DNA of 51,727 nt from NCBI GenBank assembly GCA_022449945.1, contig JAKURM010000004.1, forward strand, positions 1 to 51,727. Direction: 5' to 3'. Origin of the DNA: Candidatus Thalassarchaeum sp. Its GTDB lineage: Archaea; Thermoplasmatota; Poseidoniia; Poseidoniales; Thalassarchaeaceae. This document shows, one piece after another, positions 16,681 through 28,271 of this stretch. The stretch's first letter is position 1. Each line of letters opens with the position of its first letter. The position numbers were made by a program, and so were the translations under genes. The notes beneath the pieces were generated by a model. The model made no database searches, was not told where the DNA came from, and saw only the letters and a program-made list of their open reading frames with translations.

Positions 16681-19600
16681 TTAGGGGTGAAAAAGTGAAG
16701 GAGATAGTTGAGAGTTATTTCAAGCAAAGAAGTCTGGTTAATCACCAGTTGGCGTCATACAACGATTGCATTCCCATTGGAGATGGGAAGGAAAGCCGAA
16801 TGGAGTCCATTGTCAGGAATATCAAGATTGGGAGCGATGAGCATTTTGATGATGACGAGGGTGGCTTGGTTAAACTCGATCTTCTCGACAAGGAGATTGT
16901 TGTAAGGCTGAAGAATTTGAGATTAGGGCGCCCCACGATAAAGGAGGCCAATGGGGCTGAGCATCCCGCTACTCCCCTAGAGTGCCGAATCCGAAAACTT
17001 ACTTATTTTTCTCCAGTATACCTCGACTTCAAGATTTATCGTGACGATTTACCTCCCTCTCCAGGCGCAGAACTTGGTTACCTCGAGGAGAAGGGAGTCC
17101 ATATTGGCAACTTGCCGATAATGGTACGCTCTGCTAGGTGCAACCTTCATGCCGGACATATCGATGAGAATCGGAGACTCTCCCCCGAGTCCTCGGATGA
17201 AGACGCTGAGCGCTACCAGAAGCTCCTTAGAAAATCCGGTGAAGATCCACTAGATCCGGGTGGATATTTCATCATCAATGGCACCGAAAGAGTCCTAATC
17301 TCGATGGAAGATCTGGCTCCGAACCGAGTAACAGTTGAGAAGAACAAGAAATATGCACATGAGACGCAGGTCGCAAAAATCTTCTCCCAGAAAGATGGAG
17401 TTCGGAAGCCCCTGAACGTCGAGAAGAGAAGGGACGGGATGTTAATGGTCAAGATTCCCAGTGCCGGAACCACACCAGTTCCATTGGTGTTACTCATGCG
17501 AGCATTGGGTGTTGAGAACGACAGGGAGATTTTCGCTTCAATTGCAGGTCCACCCGAGGCAATGAAATACACTGTTGCCAACCTAAATGATCTAAGGGAC
17601 AACGACGAATATGGGGTCGATACGTGCGATGAAGCCCTTGGTTGGCTTGAGAAGAAATTCGCCGCCGGCCAGCAGAAGGAATACCGTGAGTCACGGATCC
17701 AGAACCTGCTAGATAACGAACTCCTTCCTCATTTGGGTTCTACCTTCGAAAATAGAGAGAAGAAGGCCATTTTCTTGGGAAGAATCGCACGGCAAGTTCT
17801 GGAAATGGCAATTAAGGACAAGGATCCCAATGACAAGGATCACTATGCCAATAAGCGAGTAAGACTAGCAGGAGACCTGGTAGAGGATCTGTTCCGTGTC
17901 AGCTTACAGCAACTTGCCCGGGATCTAAAATATCAGTTGGAAAGGCATCACAACCGAAAGAGGGAGCTTCGAATATCCTCCTGCCTTAGGCCAGACGTGC
18001 TTACCACCAAAATCATGCATGCCCTTGCGACAGGAAACTGGGTGGGTGGTAGATCGGGTGTTAGCCAGCTGCTGGATCGTACTACATACCTGTCTGCACT
18101 ATCCCATCTGAGGCGAGTTACCAGTCCTCTAGTTCGGAGCCAACCACACTTCGAGGCTAGGGATCTCCACCCAACGCAATGGGGTCGACTTTGTCCAAAT
18201 GAGACGCCGGAAGGACAGAATTGCGGCCTTGTAAAGAACGGTGCCCAGATGATAGACATTTCTGAAGAAGTTCCCGAAGCAGACGTCAAAGATTTGCTAA
18301 AGGAGGCTGGAGTTAATGACAATCCAGATGGTTGGGCGGATGGCTCAAGGATTCACGTTAATGGGGATATATTCGGACTACACAAGAGGCCACACAAACT
18401 AGTGAGCCAATTCAAGAGAAGAAGACGCTCGGGAAGGATAAGGCCAGAAGTCAGCATAGGTAATGACTTGGAGAACAGTGATGTCTTCATCAATTCTGAT
18501 CGCGGTAGTATGCTACGTCCCCTGCTAATCATAGAACACGGCAGCCTTCAGATAACAAAGATGCATTTGGAGGGACTGAGGTCCGGTGAAATTTCATTTT
18601 CCGACTTAGTCTCAGGTGGAGTAATTGAATGGGTCGATGCCGAAGAAGAGGAAGATCTTCTGATTGCACCCAGGCCGTTTGACCTGCCGGCAGAGTCACC
18701 TAGGAATAAGAGGCCGATTAACCCATCCAAGGTTCAGTGGACAAACCTTGGAGAAATGGGCAAGGACTCTGACGGAAAGCCCGTACCACTATCTTACGCG
18801 CAATTGATTGCCGAGGTACAGATGCCCAATGGAGAGACGAAGAACGAGAAGTTCAGAGTCCCGCTGAACTACTACCAAGAGAATATTGATGCCCTAAAAA
18901 GGAAAGAAAAGAAAGGCAACACTGTACTAGTATACACCCATGTGGAGATTGACCCCCAACTAATTCTCGGAGTCTGTGCTTCTCTGGTTCCATACCCGGA
19001 ACACAATTCCACTCCGCGTGTAACCGGTGGAACTGCCATGGTAAAGCAAAGCCTTGGGGTGGCCAGTGCGAACTTTCGCCTTAGACCCGATACCAGAGCC
19101 CACGTGATGCACTACCCACAGAGGTCAATTGTTGGCACTCGTGCTATGCAGTCCACGAACTTCGACCAAAGGCCAGGCGGGCAAAATTACGTTGTCGCCA
19201 TAGTTAGCCATCACGGTTACAATATGCAGGACGCCGTAATTATGAATCGCTCTTCGGTGGAGAGGGCCCTAGGAAGGTCAGCATTCGTTCGTACATACAA
19301 TGCCGAGAATAAGAGATTCCCAGGAGGGCAGGAAGAGAGGATTGAGATCCCAGGAACCGGATTAGATGAGATCAAGGGACTCAAGTCATGGGATTCATAC
19401 TCGCACCTAGAGAGGGACGGCCTACCCGTTCCAGAGGAGGAACTGACCAGCGAAGAGGGAGGCCGATCAATTCTTGTTGGCAAGACCAGCCCTCCAAGAT
19501 TCCTCGAGGAGGCTCATGGGGCGTTTTTGCAAGCGCAAGAGAGACGAGAGTCATCCATGCTTGTTAGGCATGGGGAGAAGGGCTGGGTAGACAATGTATA

Positions 19601-20414
19601 CGTCACCGAATCTCTCGATTCCGGTAGACTAGTAAGGATTACACTTCGAACAAACAAGATTCCGGAGCTTGGAGATAAGTTTGCAAGTAGGCACGGTCAG
19701 AAGGGAATCATTGGCAGGCTCGTAAACCAAGAGGACATGCCATTCACCGAGGATGGAGTAATCCCTGATCTTCTGATAAATCCTCATGCAATTCCATCTA
19801 GGATGACTGTCGCACACGTATTGGAGATGATAGGTGGCAAGGTCGGCTCAATGGAAGGTAGGAGAATTGACGGTACCGCCTTCACAGGTGAGAAAGAAGA
19901 GTCACTAAGATCCGGCCTACTCCGAAACGGACTAAAGCATACTGGGAGGGAACAAATGATCAACGGAGAAACCGGAGAAAACTTCCCTGTTGATACCTTT
20001 GTAGGGGTGATATACTACCAGAGACTACACCACTTGGTAAGCAGCAAACTGCATGCCAGAAGCAGAGGAAGGGTCCAGATTCTAACTAGGCAACCAACGG
20101 AGGGAAGGGCTAGGCAAGGTGGCCTCAGGTTTGGTGAAATGGAGAGGGACTGCCTCATCTCACACGGGGCATCGATGGTGATCAAAGACCGACTTCTTGA
20201 TGAATCCGATGGCTGGAACCTCATGGTTTGCAATACTCCCCGTTGTGGGCATGTAGCCTACTACGACTGGAAGCGAAGAACCAGTGTTTGCCCGGTCTGC
20301 GGAGATAGGGCCGATGTCCATTCCGTACAGACTTCGTATGCATTCAAACTACTCCTGGATGAGATGAAGAGCTTGGGTGTTGCCATGAGGCTGGAACTGG
20401 AGGATCGAAGATGA
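16677..20414 (+). CDS. rpoB: RNA polymerase subunit B (unsplit Rpo2)
   Basis: GGYFIINGTER, ETPEGQNCGLVKN, GDKFASRHGQKG, RFGEMERD, C-terminal Zn ribbon. Confidence 0.98.
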   Translation: MIRGEKVKEIVESYFKQRSLVNHQLASYNDCIPIGDGKESRMESIVRNIKIGSDEHFDDDEGGLVKLDLLDKEIVVRLKNLRLGRPTIKEANGAEHPATPLECRIRKLTYFSPVYLDFKIYRDDLPPSPGAELGYLEEKGVHIGNLPIMVRSARCNLHAGHIDENRRLSPESSDEDAERYQKLLRKSGEDPLDPGGYFIINGTERVLISMEDLAPNRVTVEKNKKYAHETQVAKIFSQKDGVRKPLNVEKRRDGMLMVKIPSAGTTPVPLVLLMRALGVENDREIFASIAGPPEAMKYTVANLNDLRDNDEYGVDTCDEALGWLEKKFAAGQQKEYRESRIQNLLDNELLPHLGSTFENREKKAIFLGRIARQVLEMAIKDKDPNDKDHYANKRVRLAGDLVEDLFRVSLQQLARDLKYQLERHHNRKRELRISSCLRPDVLTTKIMHALATGNWVGGRSGVSQLLDRTTYLSALSHLRRVTSPLVRSQPHFEARDLHPTQWGRLCPNETPEGQNCGLVKNGAQMIDISEEVPEADVKDLLKEAGVNDNPDGWADGSRIHVNGDIFGLHKRPHKLVSQFKRRRRSGRIRPEVSIGNDLENSDVFINSDRGSMLRPLLIIEHGSLQITKMHLEGLRSGEISFSDLVSGGVIEWVDAEEEEDLLIAPRPFDLPAESPRNKRPINPSKVQWTNLGEMGKDSDGKPVPLSYAQLIAEVQMPNGETKNEKFRVPLNYYQENIDALKRKEKKGNTVLVYTHVEIDPQLILGVCASLVPYPEHNSTPRVTGGTAMVKQSLGVASANFRLRPDTRAHVMHYPQRSIVGTRAMQSTNFDQRPGGQNYVVAIVSHHGYNMQDAVIMNRSSVERALGRSAFVRTYNAENKRFPGGQEERIEIPGTGLDEIKGLKSWDSYSHLERDGLPVPEEELTSEEGGRSILVGKTSPPRFLEEAHGAFLQAQERRESSMLVRHGEKGWVDNVYVTESLDSGRLVRITLRTNKIPELGDKFASRHGQKGIIGRLVNQEDMPFTEDGVIPDLLINPHAIPSRMTVAHVLEMIGGKVGSMEGRRIDGTAFTGEKEESLRSGLLRNGLKHTGREQMINGETGENFPVDTFVGVIYYQRLHHLVSSKLHARSRGRVQILTRQPTEGRARQGGLRFGEMERDCLISHGASMVIKDRLLDESDGWNLMVCNTPRCGHVAYYDWKRRTSVCPVCGDRADVHSVQTSYAFKLLLDEMKSLGVAMRLELEDRR

Positions 20415-23400
20415 GTGCACGCGACGCAGCAAAGATTCCAAAGCGAATCGACTCAATCAGGTTCACCCTTATGGATCCGAATGAAATAAGGAAGATGTCA
20501 TCAGTAGAGGTAAAGACGGCGGACACTTACAAGGACGATGGCCATGCATTCAAGCAGGGTTTGATGGATCCAAAGATGGGGGTCATTGATCCTGGAATAA
20601 GGTGCGAGACATGTGGCAACAAGCACGAGGAGTGCCCCAGCCACTTCGGACACATTGCTCTAGAGCTCCCCGTGATGCACATCGGCTTCACTAACCTAAT
20701 CAAGAACTGCCTAAAGTCAACATGCAATTCTTGCAGCAAGGTCCTGTTACTGGACGCCGCCGAAACCCACCCAACCGATCCGGAAAAGTCCGAACAGGAT
20801 TACTACAGGGACAAGGTGCATGACATCATTCTCAAGCACGGCGTCGGCGGTCGTGAATTCAAGAAAGTCATCAAGGATATCGAGACCGTTTGCTCTAGTG
20901 CCAAGAGGGCCATCTGCATGCATTGCGGCGCTGAACAGGGCAAGATAATCTTGGACAAGCCTACGACCTTCAAAGAGAAGAAGGCCGACAAGGGCGAGCA
21001 CAAGCTGAATGCTAGGGACATAAGAGAGTGGCTAGAGAAAATTCCTGACGAGCACTTAATTTTCGTTGGAATGGAGAAGGATGTGAGCAGGCCCGAATGG
21101 ACGATCATGAAGGTTCTGCCTGTCCCGCCGATAACCGTTCGGCCCTCTATTACTCTTGAGAGTGGAGACAGATCGGAAGATGACTTGACACACAAACTAG
21201 TCGATGTACTTAGGATCAACCAGCGGCTACGAGAAAATCGTGACTCTGGGGCACCACAGCTAATTGTGGAAGACCTATGGGAGTTACTTCAGTATCACTG
21301 CACAACTTATTTTGACAACCAAACCAGTGGAATACCACCAGCACGCCATCGGTCCGGAAGGCCCCTGAAGACACTTTCTCAGAGACTGAAAGGAAAAGAG
21401 GGAAGGTTCCGTAGCAACCTCTCTGGAAAGAGGGTCAACTTCTGTGCCAGAACTGTCATCAGCCCCGACCCCAATCTTGGAATTAACGAGGTCGGGGTCC
21501 CCGTAACAACAGCAAAGGAACTAACGGTCCCAATCAGGGTTACCAGCCGAAATAGAGAACAGTTGCGGCAGATGATTCTACGCGGTCCAGATGTTCACCC
21601 TGGAGTAAATTACATTATCCGAGGAGATCGATTCCGCGTCCGAATTACCGATCGAACTAAGTTCATCTGGTCAGGATTCAGATGCCTCAATCCGGAATGC
21701 CATTCTGGTAGCGAGGAAGAGCCATACATGGGTTACCAACCGGAGTTGAACCAAGTCCTACCTGCACCCAATTTCCTTCCAGGCCTAGTACTAAAGGAGC
21801 AAATGCGGAGGGATCACATTACTGACGAGCTTCAGAAAGAGTGGAGCGTCGACCTCGAAGCGACTTTGTCTAACCTAAGGGGCGAGGATTTGAGTGGCAA
21901 CCAACTTCCTGAAGACGATCCCAATGCTGTAATACATCATCGTTGGAAGTGGGAAGTAGAGAACCCGGACGACTACCTACCCGAGTATCTAGAAGTACGT
22001 TGCCCACACTGTGGGAGTCCCGAGGTAGAGGATGAACACGGCAATGTCTTCCCTACTGATGTTGAGGACAGACTCAGCACTTACGATAGGGATGGAAACC
22101 CCCGTCCGGGGGTGGTCGTAGAACGCCATCTGATTGATGGTGATGTTGCGATTTTCAACCGGCAACCATCATTGCACAGGATGTCAATGCTAGTTCATGA
22201 AATTAGAGTCATGGAAGGTAAGACATTCCGCTTCAACCTTGCTGATTGTACTCCCTACAACGCAGATTTCGATGGAGATGAAATGAACCTACATGTAATT
22301 CAGAGCGAGGAAGCAAGGGCCGAAGCCCGAATCCTTATGCGAGTGCAGGAGCACATAATTTCCCCAAGGTATGGTGGAAGCGTTATCGGTGGGATACACG
22401 ACCACATCACCGGGGCTTACTTGCTAACGCATGGGGAAGCATTCCTCCCTCGCCAGGCTGCTCTGGACGTACTGAGCTCCATAGGGTGGGATGGCAATCT
22501 TCCCGAACCGGTGGAAAGGAATGGACAAGTCGGTTACTTTGGAAATGAGATTTTCAGCCTTCTAGTCCGAGGGGGCTTTGAACTGAACTTCAAGAATCGC
22601 GCGGGCGAGCCCGTTTCCGTGACGGCCGGCGACGTCTCCGGTGCCATTGACAAGCGCGGAATCGGGGCCGAGGATGGAAGGCTCCTAGATGCCGTGGTAC
22701 AGACTCACGGAACAGATACCGGTGCTGAGTTCATCAATAAGATGACTAAAATGACCATTGCAATATGTACAGCTATGGGATTCACCACTGGAATTGATGA
22801 CGAAGATCTGCCCCCGGAGGCAAAGGATGAGATTGATAGAATTAACCGAGCTGCCAGTGAGAAGGTAGACGAAGAACTTGCCAGTTTCGGAAAAGATGGC
22901 AGGAAGTACGAGGCCAGACCAGGGCGAACGCCACTGGAGACCCTTGAAGAGAATATTTTGACGATTCTTGACGAGGGCAAAGCCGAGACCGGAAATGTAG
23001 CAAAATCACTGTTGGGAGAAAATAACTCGGCGGTTTTGATGGCAACATCCGGAGCTAGGGGTTCTATGGACAATCTCGCTATGATGGCCGGCTCCATTGG
23101 TCAGCCAAAGGTTAGGGGCAAGCGACTAGAGAGGGGGTATCAGGATCGAGTTCTTTCACACTTCCCTAGGAATGTCAAGGGCGCCAAAGAGAAGGGGTTC
23201 GTCTCTTCTTCTTTCAAGAGTGGCCTCGAGCCTACGGAGTTCTTCATGCTGTCTGTCTCAGGAAGGGAATCCCTTGTGGACACTGCAGTTAGGACTAGTA
23301 AGTCAGGTTACATGCAGAGGAGGCTGATTAACGCAATGGACGATCTAAAGGTAGCAGATGATGACAGGGCTTCTGTCAGGAACACCGCCAACAGAATCAT

Positions 23401-23506
23401 CCAGTTCGAGTACGGCGAGGATGGCATTGATCCTGCAAGGAGCCGTAAGGGAAGCCCATTCGATGTCAACCAAGTCCTGAACGATGCGCTTGGAGGTGGT
23501 AAGTGA
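20411..23506 (+). CDS. rpoA1: RNA polymerase subunit A' (Rpo1N)
   Basis: [11 protein letters not shown] catalytic motif, [30 protein letters not shown]. Confidence 0.98.
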   Translation: MSARDAAKIPKRIDSIRFTLMDPNEIRKMSSVEVKTADTYKDDGHAFKQGLMDPKMGVIDPGIRCETCGNKHEECPSHFGHIALELPVMHIGFTNLIKNCLKSTCNSCSKVLLLDAAETHPTDPEKSEQDYYRDKVHDIILKHGVGGREFKKVIKDIETVCSSAKRAICMHCGAEQGKIILDKPTTFKEKKADKGEHKLNARDIREWLEKIPDEHLIFVGMEKDVSRPEWTIMKVLPVPPITVRPSITLESGDRSEDDLTHKLVDVLRINQRLRENRDSGAPQLIVEDLWELLQYHCTTYFDNQTSGIPPARHRSGRPLKTLSQRLKGKEGRFRSNLSGKRVNFCARTVISPDPNLGINEVGVPVTTAKELTVPIRVTSRNREQLRQMILRGPDVHPGVNYIIRGDRFRVRITDRTKFIWSGFRCLNPECHSGSEEEPYMGYQPELNQVLPAPNFLPGLVLKEQMRRDHITDELQKEWSVDLEATLSNLRGEDLSGNQLPEDDPNAVIHHRWKWEVENPDDYLPEYLEVRCPHCGSPEVEDEHGNVFPTDVEDRLSTYDRDGNPRPGVVVERHLIDGDVAIFNRQPSLHRMSMLVHEIRVMEGKTFRFNLADCTPYNADFDGDEMNLHVIQSEEARAEARILMRVQEHIISPRYGGSVIGGIHDHITGAYLLTHGEAFLPRQAALDVLSSIGWDGNLPEPVERNGQVGYFGNEIFSLLVRGGFELNFKNRAGEPVSVTAGDVSGAIDKRGIGAEDGRLLDAVVQTHGTDTGAEFINKMTKMTIAICTAMGFTTGIDDEDLPPEAKDEIDRINRAASEKVDEELASFGKDGRKYEARPGRTPLETLEENILTILDEGKAETGNVAKSLLGENNSAVLMATSGARGSMDNLAMMAGSIGQPKVRGKRLERGYQDRVLSHFPRNVKGAKEKGFVSSSFKSGLEPTEFFMLSVSGRESLVDTAVRTSKSGYMQRRLINAMDDLKVADDDRASVRNTANRIIQFEYGEDGIDPARSRKGSPFDVNQVLNDALGGGK

Positions 23507-25086
23507 TGGTTGTAAAGAGTGCCACCAAGAAGAAACTGATGGACTTGGGAATCGAGGAGGAGTACGCTCACAAGTTGGCAGATGACAAGAAGTGGGATGA
23601 CGTCAAGGGCCTCTCTCCAGGGCAGATTGCACAGATTTGTGGCATAGACTCTGGGACGTCCCAAAGAATCCACGAGGTTATGGCAAACTCTGCTAAGTCC
23701 AGTCGGGCTTCTACAGCGACATCTGAGAAGACGATTGTTCGCAGAAGAACAGTTTCTAGGTCTCGTAGAATGAAGAGGTCCCTTCCCCTGGAGGAATATG
23801 ACCAAGAGTCTAAGATTATCCAAATCGGACGTGACGTGGACTCAGATGACGAGATGTACCTAAAGCTATCAAAGGCTGCTAGTGATGCTAATGCTGGCAT
23901 GACTCCTAGAATGCTAGACGATCTTGTCAAGGGCTTGGAGAAGAGGGGAGAGAAGAAGTTTACCGATGCGAAGGCAAGGAAGATTATCCAGTCCGCCATG
24001 AGCTTTGCCAGTGAGTCCAAGGCAGTACCATACGAGGCTGTGGGAATCACAAGAGCCCAGTCTATTGGAGAACCAGGTACACAAATGACCATGAGGACAT
24101 TCCACTACGCAGGAGTAGCAACGGTGAATGTGACCCAAGGTCTTCCTCGAATTATCGAAATAGTCGATGCTAGGAAAGTCCCTAAAACACCAACAATGAT
24201 CATCTATCTTGATGAACAGAACGCAAAGAAAAAGCCTCTTCGGACAAACGAGAAATTAGTCCGAAATATAGCAGCTGCACTCGAGACCACAACAGCCACT
24301 GATATTGCTGCCATCGATGTAGACGTGGCCCAGAGGAACATCAGCCTACAACTGAATAATAGCAATATGAAGCTGAAAAAGATGACTGGCGCTGAGGTTC
24401 GTGATAAACTATCAAGGGCATTGAGGCTATATGTTCAGGCAGACAATGATGACCGCCCCAAGTCACTTCGTATTATTCCTGGAGTCACAAAGGAAGATGA
24501 TCTGGCGTCCTTAGCCTCTGATCCGCCAACCTATACCGCACTACTCCAACTAGAGGACAAGATCAAGAAACTCAGACTTAAGGGACTTCCTGGAATTTCC
24601 AGGGCTAACGTCCAGGGCCCGGTTGCTGAAACAGGTGAGTATTACATCTCCACTATTGGCTCCAATCTTTCTAAAGTGAGTGAGTTTGCCGGAATAGACA
24701 AATCAAGGACATACACAAACAACATCAACGAAATTCATGACTACCTAGGAATCGAGGCTGCTCGGCAGGCGATTATCAACGAGATGTGGGATACTCTTGA
24801 GGGAGCCGGTCTAGATGTAGATGTCCGTCATCTGATAATGGTCTCAGACGTTATGACAAATGGTGGCGAAGTTCGGGCCATTGGTCGGCATGGAGTTAGC
24901 GGTACTAAGCACTCAATTCTTGCACGTTCAGCCTTCGAGGTGACCGTCACGCACCTCCTTAAGGCTGGGATTATTGGCGAGAGAGATATGCTTTCTGGAG
25001 TAACCGAGAATATCATTGTTGGCCAGCCAGTAGCTTTGGGTACGGGAAGCGTTGAACTGTATTACATCCCTGAGGCAACTAATTGA
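23506..25086 (+). CDS. rpoA2: RNA polymerase subunit A'' (Rpo1C) with long N-terminal extension
   Basis: [47 protein letters not shown]. Start is ATG 23506 or GTG 23503. Confidence 0.97.
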   Translation: MVVKSATKKKLMDLGIEEEYAHKLADDKKWDDVKGLSPGQIAQICGIDSGTSQRIHEVMANSAKSSRASTATSEKTIVRRRTVSRSRRMKRSLPLEEYDQESKIIQIGRDVDSDDEMYLKLSKAASDANAGMTPRMLDDLVKGLEKRGEKKFTDAKARKIIQSAMSFASESKAVPYEAVGITRAQSIGEPGTQMTMRTFHYAGVATVNVTQGLPRIIEIVDARKVPKTPTMIIYLDEQNAKKKPLRTNEKLVRNIAAALETTTATDIAAIDVDVAQRNISLQLNNSNMKLKKMTGAEVRDKLSRALRLYVQADNDDRPKSLRIIPGVTKEDDLASLASDPPTYTALLQLEDKIKKLRLKGLPGISRANVQGPVAETGEYYISTIGSNLSKVSEFAGIDKSRTYTNNINEIHDYLGIEAARQAIINEMWDTLEGAGLDVDVRHLIMVSDVMTNGGEVRAIGRHGVSGTKHSILARSAFEVTVTHLLKAGIIGERDMLSGVTENIIVGQPVALGTGSVELYYIPEATN

Positions 25087-25095
25087 GGTGAGAAG

Positions 25096-25392
25096 ATGGA
25101 TATTGCCAGGCAGTTAAAGCAAGCTATCAACTCCGGAAGTATCATTTTCGGTCAGAGGCAAACATCATCTTACTGCTCCAAGGGCGATGCGAAACTGGTC
25201 TTACTAGCCGCAAATTGCCCGGAGTCATACATTGACGACTTACGAAACGCATTTCCTAAAGTTCCCGTCCATCAACTCACATTGGTGAACAGGCAATTAG
25301 GTGCTGCCTGTGGTAGGCCATTTCCAGTTAGTGCATTGTGCGTCATTGATCCCGGCCAGAGTGATTTGATGCAACTGGCTCCCAATTTATGA
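25096..25392 (+). CDS. rpl30e: 50S ribosomal protein L30e
   Basis: AKLVLLAANCP..LGAACGRPFPVS..DPGQSD; canonical position after rpoA2. Confidence 0.93.
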   Translation: MDIARQLKQAINSGSIIFGQRQTSSYCSKGDAKLVLLAANCPESYIDDLRNAFPKVPVHQLTLVNRQLGAACGRPFPVSALCVIDPGQSDLMQLAPNL

Positions 25393-25460
25393 TTACGAAT
25401 TGCCACTGAACTGGCAATTTTCTGGGTTCGGTTCAAAGTCATAACGGCTCCCCTAGCATC

Positions 25461-26384
25461 ATGGAGGATACAATCCGGGGTATACTGGAAACCAGAGGGG
25501 TATCTCTGAAGAACCCTGAGATCGAGAAAGTGATCACTGGATTCTCCTGTCTGGGGGTGGCTCCTAGGGTTTCGGAGATTGACACTTCGGAGGGAGATGT
25601 GCACGTGTGGATAATTTCTCCCAATAGTCTACCAATTAGAGGCAATGAACTAATTCGCTGGGGATTCAGTGCCCCTAAGGGAAGACATTGGCTACTTAGC
25701 CTTCGAGAGGTCCCTTCTGGACTAGTTGAAATCGATGGATTAGAATACGTAATTTGGACTCCTGAAAGGGTGACCAAATGGATTGGAGAAGCGGTACTTT
25801 CAGGGGATATGAAAGCACAGCCAACGCATGAAATAGAAACAGATTCTCCCGATTCGGAGAATGAGGAGAACAACCCGGGCTTCCCCGATATGGCCATGCG
25901 ACCAAGGCTCGAAATCGAGAATTGGCTATCTCAGAGGGGGCTTGATGGGGAACAATACAATCCGGTCTTTCTCGAAGCAAAGATTTGGGAAGTTTCAGGA
26001 AATCTGATTGGCCCAAATGGCGAATTGGAAGGCGGTAATTGGAAACTATACGAAGATCCATGGACACGGACTCTTTCGATACTAGAACCTGATGAATTAT
26101 CCGCAAATCCGCCCAATTTACGAGTTATATCCCCCCCTGCTAAGAGTTGGCTTACCCAATCCAGACTTTCCGAGGAAGCCTCGAAATTACTTGAGATACG
26201 ACGAAAGGGCGAAACGGACATTTCCGGTTCAAGCACAGTTAGAAGTATGCTATTACAAAGATGGTCCCTCGATACCTCCAGTTCGACTTTCGCCGAATTC
26301 CGGCTTTTCCTACCTGCATGGATTGTGTCGAATCCAGATGAGTCCGTCCTTCATGCCCGTAATGGACGAACGTACGAGATTTAG
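25461..26384 (+). CDS. Hypothetical protein
   Basis: 307-aa ORF filling the space; no recognised motif. Confidence 0.7.
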   Translation: MEDTIRGILETRGVSLKNPEIEKVITGFSCLGVAPRVSEIDTSEGDVHVWIISPNSLPIRGNELIRWGFSAPKGRHWLLSLREVPSGLVEIDGLEYVIWTPERVTKWIGEAVLSGDMKAQPTHEIETDSPDSENEENNPGFPDMAMRPRLEIENWLSQRGLDGEQYNPVFLEAKIWEVSGNLIGPNGELEGGNWKLYEDPWTRTLSILEPDELSANPPNLRVISPPAKSWLTQSRLSEEASKLLEIRRKGETDISGSSTVRSMLLQRWSLDTSSSTFAEFRLFLPAWIVSNPDESVLHARNGRTYEI

Positions 26385-27283
26385 GTTCTCTGAAGAAGCA
26401 TCAGTTCCTCGGTCGAAAGTGTGTCTCCAGACATCAGCTTGCTCATCAAATCGGTCATCTCCAGGCTGCCATCTTCATCAATCTGTCTTTGCTTACTGCC
26501 CGAAAGCTTCAGGATATCTTGCATGGAATGAATGCAGCGAAGAGAAATAATGTAGTTATTATGCAGATCGTCTGCTCTACCTTTCGTTTTGGTTAGCCCA
26601 ATGTGTTCGGAATTTGCCATTCCCCTGAGCTTTTCTACCTCATCGGACAATTCCATCATCAATGCGTGAGCCTCTTCTGATTTTTCAGATGCAACTGTAA
26701 CCGCATCATGCGCCTTCTGCTGAGCCTTCTCTGCGGCCCTTACTCTCCTTAGGGCATTGGAATTACTCTCTTCTTCTTCCTTTCTTGCATTTTCATATTC
26801 TGCTTTCAATTTCTTCATTTTCGCGAAGAATTCTTTCTCTTTGTTAGGCTTAATTTTTCCAGTTTGGTGATTCCATTCGAGCTTCTCCATTTCCCCTCTA
26901 ATCTTGCTTGCAGGTTTCCCATTTCTCCTCTTCCCGCGTTCCTCACTAGACTTGCTGCCATTAGAACTTCTGAGTTTAACCCTCAAAGCCTTCAACTCGT
27001 TTGTTCTTTCCAGGCGAATCTTCCTCAATTCGGCAACCTTTCCATTTGCTTCATTCCTGATAGCCTTCTGTTTCTGGACCTCTGTAATCAGCTCCTTTAC
27101 TTGGCGATTAATTTCATTCCTCTTATCGAGTTGTCCGCGAACTTGGACGTTCAAATCATCTCTGTTAGATTTAAAATCGTCTAGCTTACTGCTTACACTT
27201 TCAGACATGGGTTCAAAAATTTCCCTTATATTCGAGTGATTGAGTCCCATGTATGTCCATGTTTTCGGAATTTGCACCAACAT
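26381..27283 (-). CDS. Archaeal coiled-coil protein (COG1340-like)
   Basis: Heptad-rich; RDDLN..RNEIN..RNEAN repeats, LEW.HQT..EKE, C-terminal GDTLSTEELMLLQ. The real start is probably downstream (e.g. MSES). Confidence 0.75.
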   Translation of the reverse strand: MLVQIPKTWTYMGLNHSNIREIFEPMSESVSSKLDDFKSNRDDLNVQVRGQLDKRNEINRQVKELITEVQKQKAIRNEANGKVAELRKIRLERTNELKALRVKLRSSNGSKSSEERGKRRNGKPASKIRGEMEKLEWNHQTGKIKPNKEKEFFAKMKKLKAEYENARKEEEESNSNALRRVRAAEKAQQKAHDAVTVASEKSEEAHALMMELSDEVEKLRGMANSEHIGLTKTKGRADDLHNNYIISLRCIHSMQDILKLSGSKQRQIDEDGSLEMTDLMSKLMSGDTLSTEELMLLQRT

Positions 27284-27308
27284 TTAAGGAATACCAATTT
27301 CAAGGCCA

Positions 27309-28271
27309 TTATTCCCTTCTGCTGGCCATTCTTCCCTTTCTTCCACCAGTTCTTGCTACTCCCAATTTTCTGGCCTTCTTCCTAATCTTACCACTCTTGA
27401 TTACTTCTTTTTCCTCCCCCGGAACAATATTTTCTTCGAGGGTCGAAAGACCACCCGATTCCAATAGAGCCCCCATCTCTTCCTTGCTAAGGCTACCTCC
27501 ACTGGCCGCGATTCCCATGATGTCAGAGAGCTTTACTCTGCCGGGCCGATTTGATGCTATTCTGGTATAACTTTCAATCCTGTTAATCTCTTTCCTTGTG
27601 ATAGCTTTTTCAGATTTTAACCTATCCAATCTTCTGTCAATCTCCGATATCCTGTTGCTAATATTACGGATTTCCTTCCTACTTATTCGCGTACCTTTCG
27701 GATTATTCTCGGACTTTGCTTCGGCCACGATTTTTCCTGCTTCCTCTCTGTTCTCATCCAATTTTCTAGAAATTTCCTTCAACTTTCTTACTTCACTTGC
27801 GTACATTTTGTGTGCATCCTCAGCCAATATTTTTTGTTTGATTGATGCTTGAATCTCAAAAAATCTTCTAAAAGCATCGAGTTCCCGATTAAGCATAGGT
27901 ACCGATGTAAGATCATTATCTACTGTTGTCAGCCTAGAGTGTGTGTCACTAAGCCATTCAAACAGAATTTCCGATGGTGGTGGGACACAACGATTGACTG
28001 AATCTCGCTGTTCCTTGTGTTTCAGGCTTTTCTTCCTTGATTTGTGGAATTCCTGAAGTAATGATTTTCGCCCTATATCCGCCTCTTCAAAGCCCCCGAG
28101 AGCCGATCGAAGTGACTTCACGATCTGTACCTGATCCTTCCTCTCGCTCCTAAGTCCCCTTGCCTCGCTATCCAATGTAGACATATCCCTTTTCTTCCCT
28201 ATCAGGAGTTGACCGACGTCCTCTTCATCCATACCCTCAAGGTCGTCCCATTTTCCTTTGGACACACTCAT
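27309..28271 (-). CDS. Coiled-coil protein (COG1340-like paralog)
   Basis: Coiled coil, GGSLSKEEMGALL, basic C-terminal tail. Confidence 0.7.
   Translation of the reverse strand: MSVSKGKWDDLEGMDEEDVGQLLIGKKRDMSTLDSEARGLRSERKDQVQIVKSLRSALGGFEEADIGRKSLLQEFHKSRKKSLKHKEQRDSVNRCVPPPSEILFEWLSDTHSRLTTVDNDLTSVPMLNRELDAFRRFFEIQASIKQKILAEDAHKMYASEVRKLKEISRKLDENREEAGKIVAEAKSENNPKGTRISRKEIRNISNRISEIDRRLDRLKSEKAITRKEINRIESYTRIASNRPGRVKLSDIMGIAASGGSLSKEEMGALLESGGLSTLEENIVPGEEKEVIKSGKIRKKARKLGVARTGGRKGRMASRRE

Noticed and set aside
21660-22100. Intein in RpoA'
   Set aside because: No Cys/Ser start with His-Asn end and no LAGLIDADG motif; looks like a Zn-binding insertion.
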